Positions 1 through 8,561 of a DNA stretch of 26,479 bases are shown piece by piece (positions within the stretch are counted from its first letter, which is position 1; each line of letters starts with the position of its first letter). The position numbers were made by a program, and so were the translations under genes. A model generated the notes under the pieces. That model was not told the DNA's origin. It saw nothing but the letters and a program-made list of their open reading frames with translations, and ran no database searches. This stretch comes from an uncultured Desulfurococcaceae archaeon. GTDB lineage: Archaea; Thermoproteota; Thermoprotei_A; Sulfolobales; AG1. The stretch is from NCBI GenBank assembly GCA_964517475.1, contig CAZFDB010000001.1:1-26479 (forward strand), given 5' to 3'.

Positions 1-1673
1 GACATAATCAATATATTCAACTCGAAATGAATCTCCTCAACACCCTTGATAGGTAAAGTAATTAGAACCACGCGAGCAAAATAATTATAGCCAAACATCC
101 AGAACAACCCAATTAATACCGAGCAGATAGCCAGAGTAAGATAAGGAATATACATAACAGGACTAGCCTCATGAGCCTCGTGAACATGATGCTCCTCATC
201 AGATCTCATGAATAAGTAGCCTACAGCTCTTATAGAGTAGAAAGATGTCAAGAAAGCCGTCACAAGTAGTAGAACAGGGATCATTGAATAACCCGCTAGA
301 ACAGAGACATCGATCACGAGATCCTTACTCCAGAAACCTGCTAGAGGAGGCACCGCAGCCAAAGATAAGGCTGCTAAGTAACTAGATAAAATAGTTATTC
401 TCATATAACTCGCTAAACCCTTCATATCATTTATATATCTGCTATGAACAGCATGGATCAGGGCACCAGCACTGAGGAACAATGCTGCTTTAAAAACAGC
501 GTGGCTGAGAAGATGAGAGAACCCGGCAACAATACCGAGTCCAGGCTCACTGATCAAACCAGATAAAGCCGTTGCAACAAACATGTAACCTATCTGCGAA
601 GCCGTGGAGAAAGCCCATATAAGCTTAAGCTCTCTAGCAACCACAGCCATTGTAGCCATCATAAAAGCTGTGAAAGCCCCTATCGAAGCAATAATAAGAA
701 AATACTCTCTGACTTGGAGAAGAGCTATATCACCACTTATAGACGCAACAGATATGAATATAGGCGAGAACCTCAACATAAAGTAGACACCGGCTTTAAC
801 CATAGTCGCAGCATGAATAAGAGCTGAAACACTCGCAGGACCAGTCATCGCCGTAACCAGCCACTCATGCAGAGGAAATTGAGCACTCTTAGCCAGAGCA
901 CCTAAAGTGGTTAGCAATAGAAATATTGTTAAGAAACCACTGGAAGACAAGTCTCTGAAGACCGAGGCCAAAACATTATTCGAGTATAAATCAGGTATAA
1001 AACTTGTTCCAGTAGCAAATATCATGTATCCTAAACCCAGCAAGAGACCAATATCAGCAACACCAGTCATCAAAATAGCTCTCACACCAGAGTGACTAGG
1101 TGAGAAAAACATCGATTCACCAAACACAACCCTCCCTCTATCCCCAACATAGGTGGGTTCATCATCATCTCTATACCAATGACCAATAAGCGCATAAGAA
1201 GCAAGTGAAGTCCCCTCCCAACCAATTATGAATAGAAGAAGATCACCAGTCATGACAAGTAGAAGCATTGAACCTACAAAAAACGTGAAGAAGACCCAGT
1301 ATCTATGCTCACCATAATCATTCTCCATATACTTAAGACTATAGATAGCGATGAGTAGAGATATCCATGCAACCATTAGAGACATTATAGATGATAAACC
1401 ATCTATATAACTCGTGAATCTAAAGATTATTCCACTCTCCCGAGAAAGAGGAATAGTGAACCATACAGAGTCTCTTGAAATAATTATCGTCGAAGGATTA
1501 CTCCAAATAATTACTAGTATAGGTATCGTAAGTATGGCTGAGACAGCTATCGAGAATACTCCTATGAACCCAGATAATCTCTTCTTAAACAACCCTACTA
1601 ATCCAGCTATCGCGGCCCCCACAAAAGGTGTTATCCATACAAGATCAATCCACCAAATAATCTGTGTACTCAT
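1..1673 (-). CDS. nuoL: NADH-quinone oxidoreductase-like subunit L (antiporter-like), 3'-truncated by window edge
   Basis: Not in the ORF track because it has no stop in the window. Hand translation from ATG 1673 (RBS GGTGAGG upstream) gives MSTQIIWWIDLVWITPF..., with the NuoL motif AKSAQFPLHEWLVTAMTGPASVSALIHAATMVKAGVY. The frame appears open to position 3. Confidence 0.92.
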   Translation of the reverse strand, partial: MSTQIIWWIDLVWITPFVGAAIAGLVGLFKKRLSGFIGVFSIAVSAILTIPILVIIWSNPSTIIISRDSVWFTIPLSRESGIIFRFTSYIDGLSSIMSLMVAWISLLIAIYSLKYMENDYGEHRYWVFFTFFVGSMLLLVMTGDLLLFIIGWEGTSLASYALIGHWYRDDDEPTYVGDRGRVVFGESMFFSPSHSGVRAILMTGVADIGLLLGLGYMIFATGTSFIPDLYSNNVLASVFRDLSSSGFLTIFLLLTTLGALAKSAQFPLHEWLVTAMTGPASVSALIHAATMVKAGVYFMLRFSPIFISVASISGDIALLQVREYFLIIASIGAFTAFMMATMAVVARELKLIWAFSTASQIGYMFVATALSGLISEPGLGIVAGFSHLLSHAVFKAALFLSAGALIHAVHSRYINDMKGLASYMRITILSSYLAALSLAAVPPLAGFWSKDLVIDVSVLAGYSMIPVLLLVTAFLTSFYSIRAVGYLFMRSDEEHHVHEAHEASPVMYIPYLTLAICSVLIGLFWMFGYNYFARVVLITLPIKGVEEIHFELNILIM

Positions 1674-1677
1674 ACCC

Positions 1678-3213
1678 TCACCACCCCCTCACGAAACTTA
1701 AAATAATTTTTAGATAAAGTATCTCTGGAGATCCGCTAAAGATATTCAGGACATAACCTATTAATACAAGCATTAGGATAGATATGAGAGAAACTGAGAA
1801 TGTTGATAACGAGATCTGTGGAGGAGACTCTTGTATCACTTCCTCAGATCTTCTTTGACCAAAGAATATTCTCCTCATGGTTACGAAGCTATAAGCAATT
1901 GTTAAACCAAATCCTAAGAAACCTAATATGATGAAAATTATTACTTGAGAAATATTATTGATTCGAGACATTATATATAGAATGAATCCTGATACGATAA
2001 AGAATTTACTCACAACACCCATCGTAGGAGGTAGCCCAGATATCGATAAGAAACCCAGCAACGCTGAACCTGCCGTGAAATTCATTGTGGAGGCTAAACC
2101 ACCCATTCTCCTCATATCTCTTAAACCATGACCACTCACTATTATACTTCCAGCGGACATGAACAACGCCGCTTTACCAAGCGCATGTGTTAGGTAGTGT
2201 AGAACAGCACCTATTAAACCAGCAGGTGTTAATGTAGATACTCCCAGCAACACATATCCCATCTGAGAAATACTACTATATGCCAAGAACCTCTTATAAT
2301 CATTCTGGAACAAAGCGACTAATCCTCCATAGATCATTGTTAACAAAGCCCATAGAATCAGGTAGTATTGGATAGAATAATAGACTTGGGGGAACAGGGT
2401 CACTAATACACGTATCAAACCTAAACCTGCTAAACCAATCAAATTGGGGCTCAGCAGAGCTGATATAGGAGTAGGCGCCTCAGCATGAGCATAGGGAAGC
2501 CATATATGGAATCCTAGAGCAGGTAACTTGATCATGAGACCAATTAATATGAGTAGAAAAACTATGAATTGTATCCCCTGAACACCTAGAAACTTTTCAC
2601 CATAGCCAGTCATGTAGTAAGGCTTTGTCGGTGAGATAAAATCAAAAGTCCCTGTGTTAATCCCGTATATCAAGGATCCTAGTAGGAATAATAGTGCTCC
2701 CATATGAGTCCATATAAAATACATCACACCAATCCTAATTCTCGCGCCGTAGCCGTATAGAGCAATGAGTATAAACGATGTTATTAGAGAGATCTCGAGG
2801 AATACGTAGAATTCTAGTAAATTAGTTGATAAAGCGACACCATTCATTGAGAAAGAGAACAATAGATAATTAACATAGTAAGTTCTCCAAGACCCGTAGC
2901 CTAGCTCCTTAAATCTATGCTCCATGTACGGGTGCGAGTAGAGAGATACTATCGCTGTAACCAATGATACTCCTAGGAGAAATGGTATATTGTATGCGTC
3001 TATGAATAATCCGAAGGTTCCTATAGAGGCTGCCTCGAAAAGAGCTTCGTAGTATGGAACACCGTATCTCACAGGGATCAATACATAGATTAGTAGACTA
3101 TAGATCATGGCTATGAATGATGCTATAGAACCTAGTCTACCTGATATCTTTGGTGAAGAAGCTATTAAGAGGGTAATTAATGCAGGGATCAATATAGTGC
3201 TTAGAAGAATCAT
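1678..3213 (-). CDS. nuoM: Complex I-like subunit M
   Basis: 511-aa hydrophobic protein with FYVFLEISL, IKLPALGFHIWLPYAHAEAP and YSSISQMGY motifs; operon position. Confidence 0.9.
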   Translation of the reverse strand: MILLSTILIPALITLLIASSPKISGRLGSIASFIAMIYSLLIYVLIPVRYGVPYYEALFEAASIGTFGLFIDAYNIPFLLGVSLVTAIVSLYSHPYMEHRFKELGYGSWRTYYVNYLLFSFSMNGVALSTNLLEFYVFLEISLITSFILIALYGYGARIRIGVMYFIWTHMGALLFLLGSLIYGINTGTFDFISPTKPYYMTGYGEKFLGVQGIQFIVFLLILIGLMIKLPALGFHIWLPYAHAEAPTPISALLSPNLIGLAGLGLIRVLVTLFPQVYYSIQYYLILWALLTMIYGGLVALFQNDYKRFLAYSSISQMGYVLLGVSTLTPAGLIGAVLHYLTHALGKAALFMSAGSIIVSGHGLRDMRRMGGLASTMNFTAGSALLGFLSISGLPPTMGVVSKFFIVSGFILYIMSRINNISQVIIFIILGFLGFGLTIAYSFVTMRRIFFGQRRSEEVIQESPPQISLSTFSVSLISILMLVLIGYVLNIFSGSPEILYLKIILSFVRGW

Positions 3214-3566
3214 TACTCCTCACCCTTCAGAGCTAGATCCTTAATAATTCTCTCCTCGGTATCTATCCTCCTCAACACACCATATCTAATTAATGCAATA
3301 AGGATCGAGAATGTGACTACTATCTCGCTAACAGCCAGCAATATAGACACTAAAATAAGAGAAGATACAAAACTAACAGAGTCGCCTATCAACACAGCAC
3401 CGCCTAAGTATTGATAGATATATGAGAAAATCCCTAGTATTATTAGAATAAAAGCATTGAACATCACCTCAGCCGAGATAAGTATCCTAGCAATATTTCT
3501 ACTAGATAATATCCCGTAGATCGATATAGCCAATAATAGAGAAGCTGTTAAGAGCACATAATTCAT
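3213..3566 (-). CDS. nuoK: Complex I-like subunit K (4L)
   Basis: 117 aa, three TM helices, ILISAEVMFNA and AVSEIVV with the conserved glutamates. Confidence 0.88.
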   Translation of the reverse strand: MNYVLLTASLLLAISIYGILSSRNIARILISAEVMFNAFILIILGIFSYIYQYLGGAVLIGDSVSFVSSLILVSILLAVSEIVVTFSILIALIRYGVLRRIDTEERIIKDLALKGEE

Positions 3567-4048
3567 TTTCTCACCATCTTCATAGCGATTAGTAAAGATA
3601 CGAATAAAGACAAAGCACTCACAGAAGCAATCACGAGAATAAGCGTGAAATAGTTAGCAACTAAATAATTAGCAATATAGACATAATCAGGTTTATCAAG
3701 AATAATAACACTATTCTCGGTTCTTAACGAGATATAGATCAGGGGAGAAGCTGATAGCACAGCTACGAGAAGAGCAGGGATCCTGAGACCTCTAACCTCC
3801 CTGGGAAACTCCTCTCTTAGAAGAAGCGTGGTCATGACAATAAAGAGAACACCAGCACCCACATAAACAAGAACATGCACAACGCCTAGAGTAGGCAGAC
3901 CTAGCAAAGCTATTAAGGAAGCAACTAGGAGACCTAGAATAGATAAATACACCGCTGCATACACCAGATTCCTCGCCAACACCGTCATCAATCCACTCAA
4001 TACCGCGAAGAAGCCTATGATCGCAAATAACTCATTGATATAATCCAT
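3563..4048 (-). CDS. nuoJ: Complex I-like subunit J
   Basis: 161-aa membrane protein with RNLVYAAVYL and VHVLVYVGAG motifs; lies between nuoI and nuoK. Confidence 0.88.
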   Translation of the reverse strand: MDYINELFAIIGFFAVLSGLMTVLARNLVYAAVYLSILGLLVASLIALLGLPTLGVVHVLVYVGAGVLFIVMTTLLLREEFPREVRGLRIPALLVAVLSASPLIYISLRTENSVIILDKPDYVYIANYLVANYFTLILVIASVSALSLFVSLLIAMKMVRK

Positions 4049-4052
4049 ATAC

Positions 4053-4616
4053 TCACCCTATAGCCTCGTACCTCAAACCTCTATTCTCATCAATAACAAC
4101 CCTAAACTTTTTCCCAACAATTTTTCTCGGAGGCACATACTCATCGGGTCTCTTCGTAAACTCCTCCAATGTTGTTAACATATCCTCAAATCTATAGAAT
4201 GCCACGTCATGGATCTTGTATGTCTCGAAAGCCTCGACAGGGCAAATATCAACACAGTAGTAGCAGAAGATACATCTCCCCCAATTAATCGTAGGCACCT
4301 TCTTCTTATCTCTCAACACCAGTCTTATAGCATCAGCTGGGCAAACAACATCACATAAGCTACAGCCTATGCACTTATCAGCGTCTACCCGAAACATTCC
4401 TCTGTATCTATCTGGGTACTCAATATCTTTGTAAGGATAATCAATAGTCATTCTCATAGGCTTTGTCAAATATCTGAACCCTGTTGCTAGAGCATCAATA
4501 TTCCTCTGAACAGATCTGCTCGGAGGAGGAGTTTTTACGTTAAGCACCCTCACTTTATCAACTCCTTTATTAATTAACTCCTTTATCCTAGGATCCAGAT
4601 CCTCTCGAGAAGACAT
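4053..4616 (-). CDS. nuoI: Complex I-like subunit I, 2x[4Fe-4S]
   Basis: Two ferredoxin motifs, CIGCSLCDVVCP and CIFCYYCVDICP, preceded by TIDYP...RYRG. Confidence 0.93.
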   Translation of the reverse strand: MSSREDLDPRIKELINKGVDKVRVLNVKTPPPSRSVQRNIDALATGFRYLTKPMRMTIDYPYKDIEYPDRYRGMFRVDADKCIGCSLCDVVCPADAIRLVLRDKKKVPTINWGRCIFCYYCVDICPVEAFETYKIHDVAFYRFEDMLTTLEEFTKRPDEYVPPRKIVGKKFRVVIDENRGLRYEAIG

Positions 4617-4620
4617 ATTC

Positions 4621-5649
4621 TCACCTTAACACATATGATAATGCAAGAGACCAGATCATTGATACGATGGATAAGAAAAAGATCTGGGACCAACCTAATC
4701 TAATAGCTTGATCAACCCTATATCTAGGATAAACAGATCTTAGGAAAACCGAAATTAACATTAAGATAGATGTTTTAATCAAGATAATCAATCCTCCGAT
4801 CAAATATGATGATACAGGATCTCCTGATACAAGCGGAAGCCATCCTCCTAAAAAAACTATTGAGAACAGCATGGAGTAAATATACAATTTAATATACCCT
4901 ATACCCATAGAAACACCATACATCAAACCACTATACTCAGTATATGGACCCATAACAAGCTCCGACTCAGCCTCAGAGATCTCGAACGGGAATCTCCCAG
5001 TAATTCTTATAATAGCGATATAAGCCACCAACGCGGCCGATGGATTAAGTAATATACCCGGTAAATATCTAGCTTGAAAATCTACTGCGCCGCTCATATC
5101 CAGGGATCTGTATAATAGAGCCATTGATAATATTGAGATAATAAAAGGTATCTCGTAAGAAATCATTAGAAAAGCCTCTCTTAATGAGCCTATGAAAGCA
5201 AATTTATTATCTGAAGCATACCCTGTCACTATGATGAAGATAGGCGCTATAGATAATAGAGCTAGAACAACCAGTATATTAGAAGAGATATATATAGGAG
5301 GCTCAACATAAGGTGTAACAGGAATAAATGCTACGGGAATAATAGAGAAGATAAGTGCTAGTGCAGGACCTGTTAAATAAGCAATCCTATCTACATTGCG
5401 TGGAACTATGAATTCTTGAAAAGAATATCTAATGAGATCAGCAACTAATTGAAGAATTCCACCAAATCTCCTAGAGACATGAAGAGGACCGTATCTCAAC
5501 TGGATAAGACCCGCCATTTTTCTCTCCGCCCAGATAATCAATATAACTAATACTAAAACCGCCCCGAATCCTGGTAGAATAAATATGTGGAGAAAATCAT
5601 ATATTAATCTACCAGGTATCTCGAAAGGACCTATGACCACAGCCATCAT
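4621..5649 (-). CDS. nuoH: Complex I-like subunit H
   Basis: ERKMAGLIQLRYGP, RFPFEISEAESEL, TEYSG and PRYRVDQ motifs. Confidence 0.95.
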   Translation of the reverse strand: MMAVVIGPFEIPGRLIYDFLHIFILPGFGAVLVLVILIIWAERKMAGLIQLRYGPLHVSRRFGGILQLVADLIRYSFQEFIVPRNVDRIAYLTGPALALIFSIIPVAFIPVTPYVEPPIYISSNILVVLALLSIAPIFIIVTGYASDNKFAFIGSLREAFLMISYEIPFIISILSMALLYRSLDMSGAVDFQARYLPGILLNPSAALVAYIAIIRITGRFPFEISEAESELVMGPYTEYSGLMYGVSMGIGYIKLYIYSMLFSIVFLGGWLPLVSGDPVSSYLIGGLIILIKTSILMLISVFLRSVYPRYRVDQAIRLGWSQIFFLSIVSMIWSLALSYVLR

Positions 5650-6890
5650 CTATCAGCCTCCGGAGGGAAGTAATCAAGAGATCCGTATATAGCTGGTATA
5701 TCAGCCACTCTATGCCCAGGTATCAGATATTTGAATAAGATCACGTTTCTGAAAGATGGTGTGACGAACCTGAATCTATAGGGGTTCGTAGATCCATCGC
5801 TCACGACATGAAATAAAGCCTCCCCTCTACCAGCCTCAACACGAGCCATAGCCTCACCTTTCGGAGGCTTCAAAGTAGCCATTAAACTTGGTAATTTAAC
5901 TCTTCTCTGCTCAGCATAGATCTTCTTCATCAAAGGATTGAAGAGCCTTGATATCTGTGGAGAAATAATTTCTCCATCAGGAATCTTCTTAATAGCTTGT
6001 CTAATAATATTGATGCTCTGCTCAATCTCCTTAAACCTAATTAATCCCCTAGCATAACTATCTCCCTCCTCAGCAACAGGGATCATGAAATCAATCTCAT
6101 CATAAGCCTCATAAGGCTCAACCATTCTAACATCATAATCTATGCCTGAGGCTCTCACATTAGGTCCCGTCACACCAAGCATTCTCGCAACATTAGGCTT
6201 AAGAATACCTACATCCCTAAGTCTTCTCTCTACAACAGGATTATTCAAAAAGATCCTCTCCCAATCCTTAAGCCTCTTCTCAATATATCTAAGACCTTTT
6301 TCAACAGCATCAGGAAAACTCTGAGGCATATCTCTCCTAACACCACCAGGTATAGCATATGCGTAAGTGATCCTTGCACCCGTAAGCATTGTTGCGAGCT
6401 CTATCATAACCTCTCTATCCCCGAAAGCCCACATAAACCCTGTTGAGTGCCCCAGAAATATCGCGAGGATACCAATACCATAGAAGTGACTAGCAATCCT
6501 CGTAATCTCGGCCAAGATCGTTCTAAGATACTTAGCCCTCGGAGGAACATCTACTCCCATAAGTTTCTCAACAGCATTTACGTAACCAATAGTCATTGGG
6601 GTAGTATCTAGTAAACTAGGTCTCTCAACAAGAGGTATGGTCTTTATATAAGCTCTATTCTCACTAAGTTTCTCAATAGTTCTATGCACAAACCCTATAT
6701 CAGGATCACATCTAACCACAACATCCCCATCCACCCAAGCAAGAATCCTCATATGCCCAGACCCTGGGTGGGTAGGACCTATCTGAAGCTCAATTAATCT
6801 CTCACCCTCCTCCTTAATCCCTGTCTCAACCACTCTGAACATCTCCTCGGATAACTCCTGAGTAATATCCTGAGAACCTGCTACTTCCAC
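5646..6890 (-). CDS. nuoD: Complex I-like subunit D (49 kDa), no NiFe ligands
   Basis: GPTHPGSGH, IGFVHRTIEKL, RVEAGRGE and C-terminal GSLDYFPPEADR; lacks both CxxC motifs of NiFe hydrogenases. GTG start. Confidence 0.93.
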   Translation of the reverse strand: MEVAGSQDITQELSEEMFRVVETGIKEEGERLIELQIGPTHPGSGHMRILAWVDGDVVVRCDPDIGFVHRTIEKLSENRAYIKTIPLVERPSLLDTTPMTIGYVNAVEKLMGVDVPPRAKYLRTILAEITRIASHFYGIGILAIFLGHSTGFMWAFGDREVMIELATMLTGARITYAYAIPGGVRRDMPQSFPDAVEKGLRYIEKRLKDWERIFLNNPVVERRLRDVGILKPNVARMLGVTGPNVRASGIDYDVRMVEPYEAYDEIDFMIPVAEEGDSYARGLIRFKEIEQSINIIRQAIKKIPDGEIISPQISRLFNPLMKKIYAEQRRVKLPSLMATLKPPKGEAMARVEAGRGEALFHVVSDGSTNPYRFRFVTPSFRNVILFKYLIPGHRVADIPAIYGSLDYFPPEADR

Positions 6891-7399
6891 GGAGCCTCAG
6901 CCTCACCTGCTTTACGAGTAACTATTCTAAAATCTTTACGCATAGGCCACTTACCCTCAAACTCCTCTGGAAGAAGAAGTCTCCTAAGATCCGGGTGATT
7001 CTCAAAATAAACACCAAACATCTCCCATGTCTCTCTCTCATGAAACTCTGCACTAGGCCAAACACTTGTTAGAGTAGGAACTCTAGGATTATCTCGATCA
7101 AGAGATGATTTTATCACAATCGTATATTTCCTAACAACTCGTAGATAAGAACCTACGTGAACCATAAGTTCTAATCTTTTCTCCCGCGGATAATCTACTG
7201 CTGAGACAGACTTCACATGATCAAAGCCTAAGTAAAATAGTTTCTTAGCTAGATCCGTGATTCTCTCCTTAGCAACCTCAATATAAATTACCTTCTCAGT
7301 CTTATCCGCATAGATCTTTGATACAAGTTCTTTAAGCTCATCATTCAAAATACTTAAGAGACTATTTAGATCAGGATCCTTTATACCTGGCTGAGACAT
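6881..7399 (-). CDS. nuoC: Complex I-like subunit C (30 kDa)
   Basis: ERETWEMFGVYFENHPDLRRLLLPEEF...PMRKDF signature. Confidence 0.93.
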   Translation of the reverse strand: MSQPGIKDPDLNSLLSILNDELKELVSKIYADKTEKVIYIEVAKERITDLAKKLFYLGFDHVKSVSAVDYPREKRLELMVHVGSYLRVVRKYTIVIKSSLDRDNPRVPTLTSVWPSAEFHERETWEMFGVYFENHPDLRRLLLPEEFEGKWPMRKDFRIVTRKAGEAEAPWK

Positions 7400-7412
7400 C
7401 TAGACAGCCTCT

Positions 7413-7961
7413 TCACACCTGTTTCTTAACATACTTCTTCAAGATCTCTATATCCTCTCTAGATACACCAACACTCCTGATCTTGTCCTGGAGCATCAGA
7501 ATAGCTCTCGCAAGCCCCTCGGGTCTCGGAGGGCAACCAGGTATGTACACATCTACAGGAATAACTTCATTAGCTCTCACAATATTATAGCTGTTCCAGA
7601 ATAACCCACCATCAATAGCACAAGCACCCATAGCAATAACAAATTTTGGATCAGCCATCTGCTCCCATGTTATCCTAGCAACCCTAGCCATCTTAAGAGT
7701 TAGAGTACCTTCTACAATAATAAGATTCGTCTGCCTAGGAGAGACAAAAGGTAAAGAACCATATCTCTCAAGATCATATCTAGGTGAGTAAGCACCAGCT
7801 AACTCAACACCACAGCAACTAGTCATTAGATGAACAGGCCATAACGAATATGAGATAGCCCACTCCATAATATCTCTGACAGGCCTCTTCTCCAACAAGG
7901 ATCTTATTAATTTTTTCACGAACACATCTATTTCTCCAATAAAAACTACGCCTCTCTCCAT
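7413..7961 (-). CDS. nuoB: Complex I-like subunit B (N2 cluster)
   Basis: SCCGVE, MGACAIDGG and IPGCPPRP motifs. Confidence 0.94.
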   Translation of the reverse strand: MERGVVFIGEIDVFVKKLIRSLLEKRPVRDIMEWAISYSLWPVHLMTSCCGVELAGAYSPRYDLERYGSLPFVSPRQTNLIIVEGTLTLKMARVARITWEQMADPKFVIAMGACAIDGGLFWNSYNIVRANEVIPVDVYIPGCPPRPEGLARAILMLQDKIRSVGVSREDIEILKKYVKKQV

Positions 7962-8320
7962 AGATCCAGAACCTCCGCGTATTTATAGACTATATATAAA
8001 ATAGGGAGAATAATTATGAGACTCACAACCAATACGTAGGAGACTAGGTTAAGGAGATCATAAGGAGACAAAAGAATAAATATGAGGAGAACCACTAATG
8101 GCTCTAATGAGGAGAACATTAAGAGAAAAGGATAATACTGCATTATGAAGAATCCCCTAGATCTCCCAGATCTAGGATTCCCACTCTCGAATCTCTCTCT
8201 CTTCATCACATACTCTACATCAGGTGAAACAGCGATTGAGATATAGTAGGCAGCCACAGGAATGAGTAACGATACAATCACGAGTAAAATAATCATGGCA
8301 ATAGCGTATATATCAACCAA
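7946..8320 (-). CDS. nuoA: Complex I-like subunit A
   Basis: 124 aa, three TM helices, RFESGNP loop and QYYPFLLMF. TTG start with GGTG 7 nt upstream. Confidence 0.88.
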   Translation of the reverse strand: MVDIYAIAMIILLVIVSLLIPVAAYYISIAVSPDVEYVMKRERFESGNPRSGRSRGFFIMQYYPFLLMFSSLEPLVVLLIFILLSPYDLLNLVSYVLVVSLIIILPILYIVYKYAEVLDLWREA

Positions 8321-8339
8321 AACAGAACACCATTAATTA

Positions 8340-8359
8340 AATTAATCCTAGGATTAGTT
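8340..8359. promoter_or_regulatory. Palindromic candidate operator upstream of nuoA
   Basis: TAATCCTAGGATTA (8343-8356) is a perfect 14-bp palindrome, extending to 20 bp with one mismatched pair. It lies between the putative TATA element and the nuoA RBS. Confidence 0.4.
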
Positions 8360-8370
8360 ATCAGAGAAAG

Positions 8371-8388
8371 CTTTTAAATATATATAAG
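8371..8388 (-). promoter_or_regulatory. Putative TATA element of the nuo operon
   Basis: Minus strand reads CTTATATATATTTAAAAG, about 50-70 nt upstream of the nuoA start. Confidence 0.45.
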
Positions 8389-8561
8389 CGGTAAAAGATT
8401 AGGTATATCAATAATTAAATCAGATAGATTAGATATAAGTTATCAACATATTTTTTGTACCTATAAAAATATTGCCTCGGGATCAAAGATACTTTAAATG
8501 TATATTAAATAAACTATTAAACTAATTAGAACATAATTACTCTAGGAGGATAAGAGGTTAT

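Noticed and set aside
604-1701. Plus-strand ORFs 604-786, 907-1095 and 1414-1701
   Set aside because: Antisense shadows of nuoL, which has clear family motifs on the minus strand.
4806-4860. ATGATGA...CTGA resembling the first half of a C/D sRNA
   Set aside because: No C' or D box follows, and it lies antisense inside nuoH.
5646-7961. Group 4 NiFe hydrogenase or MBS sulfane reductase assignment
   Set aside because: The large subunit lacks the CxxC ligands and the MbsL-type cysteines.
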